NCBI RefSeq assembly: GCF_044704955.1
Contig: NC_091999.1
Location: 64,604,001 to 64,668,000 of the forward strand
Origin: Pristiophorus japonicus
Taxonomy: Eukaryota
Direction: 5' to 3'
Length of the DNA stretch: 64,000 nt
Made by a program: the position numbers and the translations under genes
Shown: one piece after another, positions 38,490-52,049 of the stretch
Layout of the letters: each line of letters opens with the position of its first letter
Position numbering within the stretch: the stretch's first letter is position 1
Notes under the pieces: model-generated
Database searches by the model: none
What the model saw: only the letters and a program-made list of their open reading frames with translations
What the model was told of the DNA's origin: nothing

Positions 38490-41400
38490 TCCTGTCTGTT
38501 GACTGGCTGGTTGTACCTTGTGTGTTTCTAAATGTATGTATTTGAGGAATATCTGCTGAAGCTTAGGGCTGGGTGATTTGCCTAAACAGAGTAACGACGG
38601 GAATTTGGTGAAAGTGGGAATTCGTTGTAGAGTGGTAAGAATGTGGAAGTAATTTGAAAGTAAGTTGAACCTAGGAACAGCAGTAAATACGTAAATATAT
38701 AAATAATCAGAGTAATTAATTAGATCTAAGAGGATATATTAAAATTATAATTATATCATAACTAGTTAGACTGTTAAGAACACGGATGAAACAGCTGATA
38801 CACATTGCCTGCAATAAATGTGCCTTGTGGGAACTCGAGGACGCTTCATGTGTCCTCGATAAACATCTGTGCAGGAAATGCCTCCAGTTGCTCACAATCA
38901 AGCTAAGGGCTTGTGTGTCAGTACAGGCCATACAGGAGGCTGATAGTTTCCTGGAGCACACATACCAGGAGATGGCCACACCGCAGCTACAGAGACTGCA
39001 AGAGTTTAGTAAGTCCCTCAAGGTAGGAAGAGACACTGCGTGCAGGAATTCTGCGGGATAGTGGCATGCGGTCTCGGGCACAAGCACAGGGATGTTGGAC
39101 AAATGAAGCAAATTGTCGAAATGCAGTAGTCATAGGAGATTGGATAATTAGTGGGCTAGTCAGACATTTCTGCAAACGTTGACATGAGCTTCCCATGGCG
39201 CGTTGCCCCAATGGTGCCAGGGTAAATGAGGTCACTGAAAGGGAGCAGACATTTTATCGAGAGGAAAGTGAACAGACAGAAGTCGTGGTCTATGTTAGAA
39301 CCAATGACATAAACAGAAAAAGGGTTAAGGTCCTACAGGTGTAATTTCAGGAGCTAGGGAGGAAGTTAAAGCTGCGATTCTGTGGATTACTCCCAGTGCC
39401 ACGGGCTTGTGAGTATAGCAGCAGCAAAATAAAACAGATTAATGTGTGCCTGTAGGCATCGTGTGGGAGAGAGTGTTTCATATTCCTGGGGCATTTGGAG
39501 CAGTTCTGGGTATGAAGGACTTGTAAAATATATAAGAGTCGCATGTCAACAGTGCTGGAAGCAATGATCTCGCAGTGAGGTTAACTATTGCTGTGGGGAA
39601 GGCTTACACTAATATGGCTGAGGAGGTGCATCAGGATGGAACACTAGTGAGTAGCTTTAAGGTGCATGGAGGAGGTAAATAGGCAAACATCATGCAATAA
39701 AGAGTAGTTTAGAAATAGGAGGGTTTAAACAGGGAATATGCGAAGCAGTATAAGGTAGTTTTGGAGTGCATGCGTGTAATTTCCCATGAACTGGTAAATA
39801 AAGATGGTGCACTGCAGGCACAAGTAGCCAAACGGGATTATGGTATATTTTCAATAACAGAGACCTGGCTCAAACAAGGGAAGGAATGGCCACTTTATGT
39901 TGCTGCCTACTATGAACTCAGAGGCGATAGGGAAGGACATACGATGCTAGGGTGGCAATCTTGATCATAGATACTGTTAAAGCACCAGGAACTGATGACA
40001 CACTCGAAGGTTCAAAAACAGAATTTACTTGGTAAGAATGAAAGAACAATAGAGGAGCCTTTGCGCTGCAGGGTGTTCACTATAGGCCACCAACTAGTGG
40101 AAAGGAGATAGAGGATCACAGGCAAAAAACTTTACAGAAGTGATAATAGGGGATTTAAATTACCCTGCCACAGACTGGGACAGTAAGAGTGTAAAGGGCA
40201 CAGAGGGGAGTAATTGCTGAAATATCCACAAGAAAAGGTTCTTGCTCAGTATGTTTCCAGCCCAACGGGGAAGGAAGCATTGCTGGTTGTAGTACTGCGG
40301 CATGAAGTGAGGACGAGTCAGACCGAGAGCACACAGGAAACAGTGGTCATATTAGCAATAGGTATAAGGAAGTTAAAGAAAAGGACAGGGATCAATCAAA
40401 TGTGCAAATATTCAACTGGAAGAGGGCTAATTTCAGTGAGTTTAAAGGGATCTGGCCCAGGTGGACTGGAATGAAAGATTGACATGTAAAGCAGTAAATG
40501 AGCAATGGAAGGTCTTCAAATGGTCGATCGTTTGGGTAAAGACTAGACACATTTCCACAAGGGGGAATGGAAGGACATTCAAAGCGAGAGCTCACTGGGT
40601 GACTAAAGCTATAGACATTAAAATGTAACATTAAATGGAGGCTTATGATAAGTGTCGGGTTGATAATTTGGCAACGAAACAAGCTGAATAGAAATAGTAG
40701 TGGGCTAAAGTGAAACAGGATATGAGGGACAGAGCGACTGTATGAGAATCGATTAGCGGCTGATGTAAAAGCGAACCCTAATGTCATTTATAAAGATACA
40801 CATAGTAAAAGGTTGGACAAAGGAATGGTGAGGGCGATTAGAGACAAACATGGGAATCCTCATGTGGAGTAGTAGGGCATGGTTGTGGTAAAACATTAAT
40901 ACTTTGTATCTGTCTTCACTAAGTCGACGAAGCTGCTAACTTCACAGTAAAGGAAGAGGTAGTAGAGAAATTGGATAGGATGAATACAGATAAAGATGTT
41001 GGCAGACATCACCCGGTCCTAATGCGACGCACCCTAGTTTGCTAAGAGATGTAAGGATGGAAATATCAGACCCTATGGACACCATCTTCCAATGCTCCTT
41101 AGATGTGGCAGTTGTTCTAGAGGACTGGAGGATTGCAAATGTTATATCATTTTGCATAAGACTCCACGAGCTTTTTCTGCCATTTTATAAGGTCATGGTT
41201 GATCTGATCATGGAATCAGGTCCACTTCCCCGCCTAGCTCCCCGTAACCCCGTAGCCCCTTATATGTCAAGAAACTGTCTATCTCTGTCTTAAATTTATT
41301 CAATGAATCAGCTTTCACAGCTCTCTGAGGCAGCGAATTCCACAGATTTACAACACTCTGAGAAGAAATTTCTCCACATCTCAGTTTTAAATGGGCGGCC

Positions 41401-42790
41401 CCAAGTTCAAGTCTCCCCCATCAGTGGAAACATTCTCTCTGCATCCTCCTCGTCAAGCCCCCTCATAAACGTCAGGAAAGGGGAGAAGGATGCAACAGGC
41501 AACTACAGGCCAGTCTGCCTAACGTCGGTGCGGGGAAACATTGAGCCACCATAATGCGAGAAATAAAATAATTGGCACTTGGAAAATATGAGCTAATAAA
41601 TGAAAATCAGCATGGATTTGTAAAAGACAAATCGTCTTTGACTAACTTGATTGATTTCTTTGATGAAGTAATGGAGGGGATGGATGCATATAGTGCAGGT
41701 GCTGTTTTGTATAATTGTCTTTCAAAATATGCTTCATAAACTATCAAATAAAAGATTTGTTAGCAAAATTGAAGCCCATGATATTAAAGGGACTATGTGG
41801 ATACGCAATTGGCCAATGGACATAAGTCAGAGAGTAGTGATGAACAGCTGTTTTTTAAGACTGGAGGGCAGCATGCAGTAATGTCTCCCAGAGGTCAGTG
41901 TTGGGACTACTGCTCTGTTATCATGCGTGTTAATGACCTGGAATTGGTTAAAGAAAGCATCATTTCAAATTTTGCAGATGGCACGAAACTTGGAAATGTA
42001 ATAAACGGTGAAGAGGAAAGTAACAGATTTCAGGAAGACTTAGACAGTCTGGTGTAACAATCAGATGCATGGCATGCGAAAGTCAGGGCAGGGGAGTGTG
42101 AGCTGATACATTTTGATAGGACGCATGAGAGGAGGCAATATGAACTGAATGCAACAATTTGAAAGGGGTTGCCGGAAGAGAGAAAACTAGGCGTGTTTGA
42201 AGGTGGCACAACAAGTTGAGAAGCATATGGGATCCTTGGCTTTTTATACAGAGGCGGAGAGTACAAGCAAGTTGCGCTAAACCTTTATGCAACACTGGTT
42301 AGGCCCCAGCTGGCGTCTTGCGGATAATGTGGGGCACCACATTTGAGTATGGGTATCAAGAGCTGTAAGCAGATTTACTAGAATGCTACCAGCAATGAAA
42401 TACCTCAGTTATGTGGAAAGACTTTGAAATTGCGGCTGTTCTCTTTACGGCAGAGAAGATTAAGGGGAGATAGAAATAGGAATAAATCAGGTCAGTCTGT
42501 TTCCAGTGGCAGAATGGTTGCAAAGGATACAGATTTAAAGTAATTGGCAAAAGAACCAGAGACTACATGAACAAAACATGTTTTGTAAATCGAGTTTTTA
42601 TACTCTAGAATACACCGACTGAAAGTGAGGTGTAAACAGATTAATTAATAACTCTCTAAAGTAAATTGCATGAATATTTGAAAAGGAAAAAAACGCAGCA
42701 CTTTGGGACAAATTCTATAGCTCGTTAAAATTCCGGCACAGGCGTGATAGGTTGAATTGCCTCCATCTTTGTAGTATAATTCGACCATTG
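38490..42790 (+). mobile_element. Near full-length, strongly decayed CR1 (ORF1 zinc finger and esterase, endonuclease, RT) with an antisense CR1 3' fragment inserted at about 41155-41470
   Basis: CNKC...HLCRKC zinc finger (38786-39061); SITETWL; SNFADGTKLG; 3' UTR near 42750. Confidence 0.85.
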
Positions 42791-42994
42791 TATGATTCTA
42801 GAACAGACAATAATTGGACATAATCCTGTTAGTGTATGATTCTGTATTTTTACGGCATGCAGTTTGTCCTTCTGTTTATATAATCATTTGATTTCATGTG
42901 ACTAGTCATTGTTAATTAGAAACAAATTAACAACCATTAATGAAGCAGAGAACTAGCGCTTTTTGGAATTCAGCTGCAGAACAGGCAAGTTTAA

Positions 42995-43300
42995 AAAAGA
43001 AAGACTTGGCATTATGAAGCGCATTTCACGATCACCGGACGACTCAAAGCACTTTATAGCGAATGTGTACATTTTGAAGTGTAGACACTGTTGTAATGTG
43101 GGAAACACAGTACCGAAGTTGTGCACAGCAGGCTCCCAGAAACGGCAATTATAATGACCGGATAATCTGCTTTTGTTATGTTGATAGAGGGATCTATATT
43201 GACCAGGATATCGGCAATAACTCCCTTGCTCCTAAATAGAGTTATGGGAACTTTTGCGTCTACCTGAGAGAGCAGATGGGACCTCAGTTTAAAATCTCCT
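42995..43300 (-). mobile_element. DeuSINE (SacSINE1-like)
   Basis: ttttgaagtgtagacactgttgtaatgtgggaaac...tgcacagca...taatgaccggataatctg...cctgagagagcagatggg; matches the copy at 28970. Confidence 0.7.
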
Positions 43301-43552
43301 GCATATACATCTAACGTTTCAGTTATAAGTGCGTGCAGATAAATTTATAATTATCGATCACACGGGAACTGCATGCAGGAATGAAGTATGTAACATGTGT
43401 AAATATTAAACATTAATAATATTATGCGGGGCTCCAGTGCTTATGGTCGGATTCCCTGCAGCTTCCCCAGATACTCGTGATTCCAACAATTTCCGATTGG
43501 TTTATGTTGTAAGAGTTAGAAGTGTCTTTATTAATCAAAGTTTTCTAACACC

Positions 43553-46500
43553 TGTTATACATGTGGGCTTGTATTTACACAGTACAGCCACAAGAGGGCT
43601 ATTCCCCTGGAATCCCAAGGGATCACTTGGGAGCAAAGGTATTTAAGAAGGCTTCACAGGTTGGAGAGGCACTCTGGAGACCTGCAACATAAGTCTAAGG
43701 TCACACTTTACTTTGAGCTCACAGTGTTCCGTCTGACTCTTTCTCCCCCATACACAACAACTGGTGATGAGATACAGATAGCGAACCCAAAGATGCAGAG
43801 AACAGTGGGCATCCTGGAGAAATTTTCGGTGGGAGATAATTTTTTGTGACTTTTGTGGAGTGACTCGACCAATACTTTGTGGCCAACGACCTAGATGGGG
43901 AAGAGAGCGCTGCCAAACGAAGTCGATCCTCCTCACCGTCTGTGGGGCACCAACGTATGGCCTCATGAAGAACCTGCTCACTCCAGCGAAACCCACAGAG
44001 AAATCGTACGACGATTTATGTACACTGATCCGAGAGCATTTGAACCCGAAGGAAAGCGTTCAGATGGCGAGGTACCGGTTCTACACATACAAAAAGTCTG
44101 AAGGCCAGGAAGTGGCGAGTTATGTCGCCGAGCTAAGAAGCCTTGCAGACATTGCGAATTTGAAGAACAGTTAGAGCACATGCTCAGAGACTTTTTCGTC
44201 CTTGGCATTGGCAATGAAACCATACTTCACAAACGTTTGACTGTAGAGACCCCAACCTTGAGTAAGACCATAGCGATAGCCCAAGCGTTCATTGCCACCA
44301 ATGACAATACGAAGCAGATCTCTCAGCACACAAGTGTTGCTACAAGTACTGTGAACAAAGTGATGTTGTTTCTAAATCGTAACATACAGGGCAGGTCACA
44401 CATACCTGAAGCTGCACGTCCGCAGATGTCTCAGAGTCCACCATCAAGGGTGATGAATGCAAGGCCATTTGCTGGCGCTGCGGGGGTGATCCTCATTTCC
44501 ATTCATGCCGATTCAAAGAGTAAGTTTGCAAGAGCTGTGGGACAATGGGACATCTCCAGCAAGTGTGCATAATAGCTGCAAAGCCTATTAAACCTGAAAA
44601 CCACCATGTTACAGAGGAGGACAGATCCATGGAGCATCACGATGAACCAGAGCCTCAGATAGAGGAGGCAGAGGTACATGAGGTGCACAAATTCACCTCG
44701 AATTGTCCCCTGATAATGCTGAATGTTGAACTAAATGGACTCCCGGGGCCAATGGAGCTGGACACGGGCGCGAGACAGTCCATCATGGGCAAAAAGACTT
44801 TTCGCACGAAACTAAGAACTAACACGAAAGAACGGATTCCTGTAATTGGCAATGCTATCGTAAAGGTCTCCTATGAAGAAGCGGTGCACAAGCTACTTCT
44901 CTGGGTGGTACCGGGCGATGGTCCCACGCTGCTCGGCCGGAGCTGGCTGGGAAGATACGCTAGAACTGGGACGACGTCCAAGCGCTATCGCCCGCTGATG
45001 ACACTTCGTGTGCCCAGGTCTTAAACAAATTCCCTTCGCTGTTCGAACCAGGCATCGGGAAATTCCAAGGAGCAAAAGTGCAGATCCACCTAATTCTGGG
45101 GGCGCAACCCATCAAGCACAAGGCGAGAGCATATCATACATGATGAGAGAAAGGGTAGGGATCGAGCTTGACTGGCTGCAAAGAGAGGGCATCATTTCAC
45201 CGATCGAGTTCAGCGAGTGGGCGAGTCCTATTGTCCCAGTCCTCAAGGGAGATGGCACCGTCAGAATCTGTGGTGATTGCAAAGTAACCATCAATCGTTT
45301 CTCCCTGCAGGACCAATACCCACTACCAAAGGCCGACGACCTCTTTGCAACGCTGGCGGGAGGAAAGACGTTCATGGAGCTGGATCTGACTTCAGCCTAC
45401 ATGACGCAGGAACTGGAGGAATAATCGAAGGCCCTCACCTGCATCAACATGCACAAGGGTCTTTTTGTTTGTAACAGATGCCCATTTGGAATTCAACCAG
45501 CGGCGATGATATTCCAGAGAAACATGGAAAGTTTACTGAAGTCAGTCCCGCACACCGTGGTCTTCCAGGACGACATCTTGGTCACAGGTCGGAACACAGT
45601 CGAGCAGCTACAGGTTCTTAGTCGGCTCAACCGTGTGGGGCTCAAGTTAAAACGTTCGAAGTGCACTTTCCTGGTGCCTGAAGTGGAGTTCCTCGGGAGG
45701 AGAATTGCGGTGGACGGCATCAGGCCCACCAACGAGACGGAGTCACTCGAGCATGCATTGAGGCTACAGAATGTGACGGAGCTGCGGTCGTTTCTGGGAC
45801 TCTTGAACTACTTTGGTAACTTCTTACCGGGTTTCAGCACACTGCTAGAACCACTACATGTCTTACCTCGAAAAGGGTGTGAATGGGTTTGGGGCAAATG
45901 CCAGGATAATGCCTTTGTAAAAGCGAGAACATTGTTTTGCTGAAACAAATTGCTTGTGTTGTATGATCCATGTAAGTATTTGGTACTAGCATGTGATGCG
46001 TTGTATATATGATGTCGGGTGTGTAGTGCAATAAGCTAATGATTTCGGGAAACTGCAACCGATTCCTTATGCAGCCAGGAGTCGGTCTAAGGCTGAGCGA
46101 GCCTACAGCATGATTGAAAAAGAAGAGTTAGCGTCTGTCTATGGGGTAAAGAAAATACATCAATACCTGTTTGGGGTAAAATTCGATTGGAAACTGACCA
46201 TAAGGCATTTATATCTCTGCTTTCTGAGAGTAAAAGAATACATACCAACGCATTGGCCCGCATCCAGAGCTGGGCGCTCACGTTGTCCGCATATAACTAT
46301 ACCATCCGCCACAGGCCAGGCACAGAAAACTGCGCCGATGCTCACAGTTGGCTGCCATTGCCCACCATGGGGACGGAAATGGCGCAGCCCGCAGATCTAG
46401 TCATGGTTATGGAAGCATTTGAGAGTGAGCAATTACCCGTCACTGCCCGGCAGATCAAAACCTGGACAAGGCAGGATAGGAACCCTTATTATCTCGAGTC

Positions 46501-48008
46501 AAAAGCAGTGTGCTTCACGGGAGCTGGTCCAGTGTCCCAGTGGAAATGCAGGAAGAGATAAAGCCGTTCCAGCGGCGCAAAGATGAAATGTCTATACAGG
46601 CACACTACATTCTGTGGGGCAATCGAGTAGTGGTCCCCAAGAGGGGCAGAGACACCTTCATCAATGACCTCCACAGGACCCACCCAGGTATCGTAATGAT
46701 GAAAGCGATAGCCAGATGCCACATGTGGCGGCCCGGTATCGATGCGGACTTAGAGTCCTGCGTTCACAGATGTAATACATGTTCGCAGTTATGGTATTGG
46801 CCCTTCAAACCATGGTCTCCGTTGCACGTCGACTATGCAGGCCCGTTCTTGGGTAAAATGTTCATTGTCGTTGTAGACGCCTACTCCAAGTGGATTGAAT
46901 GTGAGATAATGTCGCCTAGCATGCCCGTTGCCACTACTGAAAGCCTGCGGGCCATATTTGCCACACATGGCTTACCCGATGTCCTGGTGAGTGACAACGG
47001 GCCGTGTTTTACCAATGCTGAGTTCAAACAATTCATCACCCGCAACGGGATCAAACATGTCACATCTGCCCCGTTTAAACCAGAGTCCAATGGTCAGGCA
47101 GAGAGAGCAGTGCAAACCATCAAGCAAGGCTTGAAGGCTCATTGCAGACCCGCCTATCCCGAATCCTGCTTAGCTTCCGCACGAGACCCCACTCACTCAC
47201 TGGGATCCCACCTGTGGACCTGCTCATGAAAAGAGCACTTAAGACAAGGCTCTCATTAGTTCACCCTGATCTACATGAACAGGTAGGGAGCAGGCGGATT
47301 CAACAAAGTGCCTTACATGATAGCGCAAATTTGTCACGCGAGATTGAAATCAAAGATCCTGTAGTTGTATTATATTAATGGACAAACTCCCAAGTGGCTT
47401 CCCGGCACTGTCGTGGCCAAAGAGGGGAGCAGGGTGTTTCGGGTCAAACTTTCAAATGGACTCATTCACCAGAAACACTTGGACCGAATCAAACTCAGAT
47501 TCACGGACTATCCTGAGCAACCCACCTTGGACCCTACTTTTTTGGATCCACAAACATACACACCAGTGGCAACCGGCAACACGGTTGACCACGAAGCAAA
47601 ACCCATCATCCACAGCAACCCTGCAGGGCCCAACACACCAGGCAGCCCAGCAAGGCCAGATGCAGAGCAGCCCAGCGAGGGCCAAACAAATGATTCAATA
47701 ACATCAGCTTTCACATCCAGACGATCAACCAGGGCAAGAAGGGCCCCAGATCGACTCACATTGTAAATAGTTACACTACTGACTTTCGGGGGAGTGTTGT
47801 AATATATGTGCACTTGTATATACTCTGTACAGCTACCAGAGAGCTCATCCCCTGGAGTCCCAAGGGATCACATAATCCCTTGGGAGCACAGGTATTTAAG
47901 GAAGTTTCACAGTTGGAGAGGCACTCTGGAGACCTGCAATAAAAGACTACGGTCACACATTACTTTGAGCTCACAGTGTTTAGTCTGACTCTTTCTCCAT
48001 ACACAACA
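43553..48008 (+). mobile_element. Full-length decayed Ty3/Gypsy LTR retrotransposon (Mag/K02A2.6-like)
   Basis: LTRs at 43553-43759 and 47795-48008 (TG...CA); PBS-like tggtgatgag at 43762; PPT gggggag at 47788-47794; near-TSD ACACC/ACAGC; domain order gag-PR-RT-RH-IN. Confidence 0.95.
43792..47766 (+). pseudogene. Gypsy gag-pol, fragmented by stops and frameshifts
   Basis: Gag RYRFY...YVAELR; protease MELDTGA; RT WASPIVPV, CPFG, VVFQDDIL; RNase H IEKEELA, ETDHK; integrase HHCC, HVDYAGP, SDNG, SNGQAER. Confidence 0.92.
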
Positions 48009-48104
48009 ACAGCTTTTAAAGAAATAAATTTTCCTATTAATCACAAGACGTTTACCATTCCATGCGCTGCAACCTTTTCTGTAACATCTCTCTAAAACAT
48101 TAAT

Positions 48105-49900
48105 TCATCATCATCATAGGCAGTCCCTTGCAACGAGGATGACTTGCTTCCACGCCAAAAAATGGATGAGTTCACAAGTGTTTCAGGTCCTAATATTGCA
48201 GGTTCTGAACTACATCCTGAAGGGTGGAAAATGGAAGATGCCTGTGCATGGAATTTTTAAACATGGGGTGTCCGTTGCACACCAGCCACCATAAGAGATT
48301 GACAGAGCTAGGTCTTAACATGGAAACATAGAAACATAGAAAATAGCTGCAGGAGTAGGCCATTCGGCCCTTCGAGCCTGCACCACCTCTCAATATGTTC
48401 ATGGCTGATCATGCAACTTCAGTATCCCACTCCTGCTTTCTCGCCATACCCCTTGATCTCTTTAGCTGTAAGGGCCACATCTAACTCCCTTTTAAATATA
48501 TCTAACGAACTGGCCTCAACAACTTTCTGTGGCAGAGAATGCCACAGGTTCACAATTCCCTGGTTGAAGACGTTTCTCATCAACTCGGACCTAAATGGCT
48601 CACTCCTTATCCTTAGACTGTGACCCCTGGTTCTGGACTTCCCCAACAACGGGAACATTCTTCCTGCATCTAACCTGTCCAGTCCCGTCATAATCTTATA
48701 TGCTTCGATGAGATCCCCTCTCATTCTTCTAAATTCCAGTGAATATAAGCCTAGCCGATCCAGTCTTCCTTCGTATGTAAGTCCTGCCATCCCGGGAATC
48801 AGTCTGGTGAACCTTCGCTGCACTCCTCAATAGCAATAATGTCCTTCCTCATATTAGGAGACCAAAACGGCGCACAATATTCCAGGTTTGGTCTCACCAA
48901 GGCCCTGTACAACTGCAGCAAGACCTCCCTGCTCCTATACTCAAATCATCTCGCTATGAAGGGCAACATGCCATTTGCCTTCTTCACCACCTGCTGTACC
49001 TGCATGCTTACTTTCAATGACTGATCTACCATGAAACCCATGTCTCCTTGCACCTCCCATTTTACTAATCTGTCACCATACAGAAAATAATTTGCCTTCA
49101 TGGTTTTGCTACCAAAGTAGATTAGTTCACATTTATCTACATTATACTGCATCTGCCATGCATTTGCCCACTCACGTAACCTGTCCAATTCACCCTGCAG
49201 CCTCTTAGCATCCTCCTCACAGCTCACCCTGCCACCCAGCTTAGTGTCATCTGCAAACTTGGAGATATGACATTCAATTCCTTCGATTAAATCATTAATG
49301 TATATTGTAAATAGCTGGGGTTCCAGCAATGAACCTTGCGGCACCCCACTAGTCACTACCTGCCATTCTGAAAAGGACCCGTTTATTCCCACTCTTTGCT
49401 TCCTGTCTGCCAACCAGTTCTCTATCCACGTCAATACATTACACCCAATCCTATGTGCCTTAATTTTGCACACTAATCTCTTGTGTGGGACCTCCTCAAA
49501 AGCCTTTTGAAACTCCAAATACACCACATCAACTGGTTCTCCCTGATCCACTCTACGAGTTACATCCTGAAAAAATTCTAGAAGATTTGTCAAGCATGAT
49601 TTCCCTTTTATAAATCCATGCTGAATTGGACCGATCCTGTCACTGCTTTCCGCATGCGCTGCTATTACATCTTTAATAATTGATTCCAACATTTTCCCCA
49701 CTACTTATGTCAGGCTAATTGATCTATAATTGCCTGTTTTCTCTCTCCCTCCTTTATTAAAAAGTGGGGTTACATTTGATCCAGTGGCAAGGATTAACCA
49801 GGACAACTTGGGACTTGCTCTGCTACATGGACCTAGTGTGCACACATATCGGGGTATGGGCTGGGCCCTCGCCTCTTCTTGCCCCAAACTCACGCATCTC
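48105..49900 (-). mobile_element. Short RTE-like retroposon with a (CAT)n end, split by the CR1 at 48320-49776
   Basis: catcatcatcataggcagtccct at 48107; the left arm ends gagctaggtctt and the right arm resumes gatccagtggcaaggattaacc at 49778. Family assignment is from recall. Confidence 0.6.
48320..49776 (-). mobile_element. Young 5'-truncated CR1
   Basis: 251-aa RT ORF with KSCLTNL, GVPQGS and KFADDTK; (ATAGAAAC)n tail. Confidence 0.96.
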
Positions 49901-50519
49901 TCAGCTTATACTTTCCAGGTTTTCAATGCCCCTGCTAAACCTTCCAAAAACATTAATTATTGTCTGGTAGAAATCCCTGTTTCTGATGGTTACAGAACCC
50001 TCCCTATCGACCACTGTATTGGCTCTGAGAAATCTCTATAAGATTATTTACATGAAAGCTTACAGAATCTCCTTAATTATTTTCTTCTTTCCAGCTGCTC
50101 AGTGCCCTTGCTAAAAGTTCCAAGCACTTTGCACTGCTATGGTTAATCTCATTGGCCGTTAGTTAATTGCAGGTTTGACTAATGGTGTAGCGTTTGCTGT
50201 CTCTCTGTACCCTGAACTGACTCCTGAATCCAGCGAGCCTTGTGAAGTTGTAACTAATTCAGAGGCAGTTATTATGTCTAGTTCTTTGACTGCATTGTTG
50301 TGAAACCCGTCTTTATCTTGAGATTTCTGCTGGTATCAATTCCAGTAGATTGTGAATCGCTGTGTATTTTGGCATTAAAAGCAATTTCTGATCTATAGTG
50401 TTCTAAGTAGCTTTAGATAATGAAGGTCCATTTTCATTGGAAGGCTGTAGCAAAATATTAATTTTCAGTCGTTTTTCTCATTGGTCGTATTCTCCATTAC
50501 TAATGTCTCTCAAATCCTT

Positions 50520-51565
50520 TCAAATTAAAAGGTGAGCATGTGCAATTAGAGGCAACCTACTGGTTTGGATAGGGAATTAGTAAGCTGATTAAAGATAATG
50601 GGAATGTGCTCCAATTGGTAGCATGTGATTAACAGTGTATTGGGATTTGTATTGGGACCTCAGTTTTGTCACGATATTTATCAATGACTTAGATGAAGGA
50701 ATAGAGTGTTGTATATTCAAGTTTGCTATGACAGTAAGTTAGGTGGCATACGAAACAGGATAGATGGGAACAGGAAGTTGCCAAGGGACATTGATAGATT
50801 AAATGAGTGGCCTAAACTGTGGTAGGTGGAGTTCCATGTGGGAAAGTGTCAGGTCTTCCATTTTGGAACTAAGGAAGCTGGATCAAAATGGTGAAGAACT
50901 GTTAACTGTGGAGAAGTAGGTACATTACTAAAAGCTCGTGGAGAGGTACACAAATAGTTCAATAGGCTAACGGAATTGGAGTTTATCTCAAGGTGTCTGG
51001 CATACAAAGGTTTGGAAATTGTGCTACAATTTTATGAAGCGTTGGTTAGATTCTATCTGGAGTACTGCATTCAGTTCTGGGCGTGGCGCCACAGGATGGA
51101 TGCATTGGCCTTGGTGGGAGAACATATCTGCCAGAATGGGAACGGTGGTAAAAGGGTTAAAATGATGAGGGCAGGTTGCATTATTAAGCTAGCAATCCCC
51201 TGAGTATTGAAGATTAAAGGCTGATCTTTATCGAAGTCTTTAAGACAATGAAATAAGTTGAAAGCGTAGATTAATATAAACTATTTCTACTGGCGGGGGA
51301 TAACTCATCATGGTGGAAATCCGATAAAATGGAGCTAGTCTGTTGAGGCTTGATGTCAGCAAACACTTTTTGTTGCACAAAGTGTAGCGGAACTCTGAAA
51401 TTTTCTTCTCTTAAATGCTGCCGAGGTTGGGGATAAATTGAAAATTTCCAAGCTGAGATTAATAGATTTTTTTTAGTGAGGATAATAAGAGACATTAAAC
51501 CAAGGTATGTATATTTACAGAAGATCTAATTGCTCGTGGAGCCCTGTGTCCTTCTTATGTTTCTA
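50520..51565 (+). mobile_element. Old CR1 3' half
   Basis: INDLDEG and ALVRFYLEYCIQFW remnants; ttcttatgtttctat tail. Confidence 0.8.
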
Positions 51566-52049
51566 TGATCCTATACTCCTTTGCACCAACCTCACCTGCA
51601 CTTTTACCATTCTCTTTCTCTTTATGTAGCTGTAAAACATTTGATACTACCCTTCACATCCGCAGTAATTGTTATCTACCACACGTTGCATTTTTAAATT
51701 CCATGATGTATTTTTGCTGCATTTTATACCAATCCCGGCTGTCACAATTACCACTGCCTTCGCCTTGACATGATTCTTCCCCTTTGGGTTAACTTTGGTC
51801 CGAACTGTTCTCATTTACGACAAAGTAATCCTGCATATACTATTTCTCTTTCTGGGACCTGTGTACGTTTCTGCTCGCTGATCACCTTCTTGAAAGAATG
51901 GAACCTTTTAGCCATCGATTTGCCAACTGAAATTATCTCCCATTCTTCCATAGTCAATGCTTTCCGAATCAGGTCACGGTGATCCACAGAACCTTTGTTT
52001 CCGGTCTCCCTTTCTCCTTCTCTCTCTCTCAAAGCTGTCGAACTCACAA

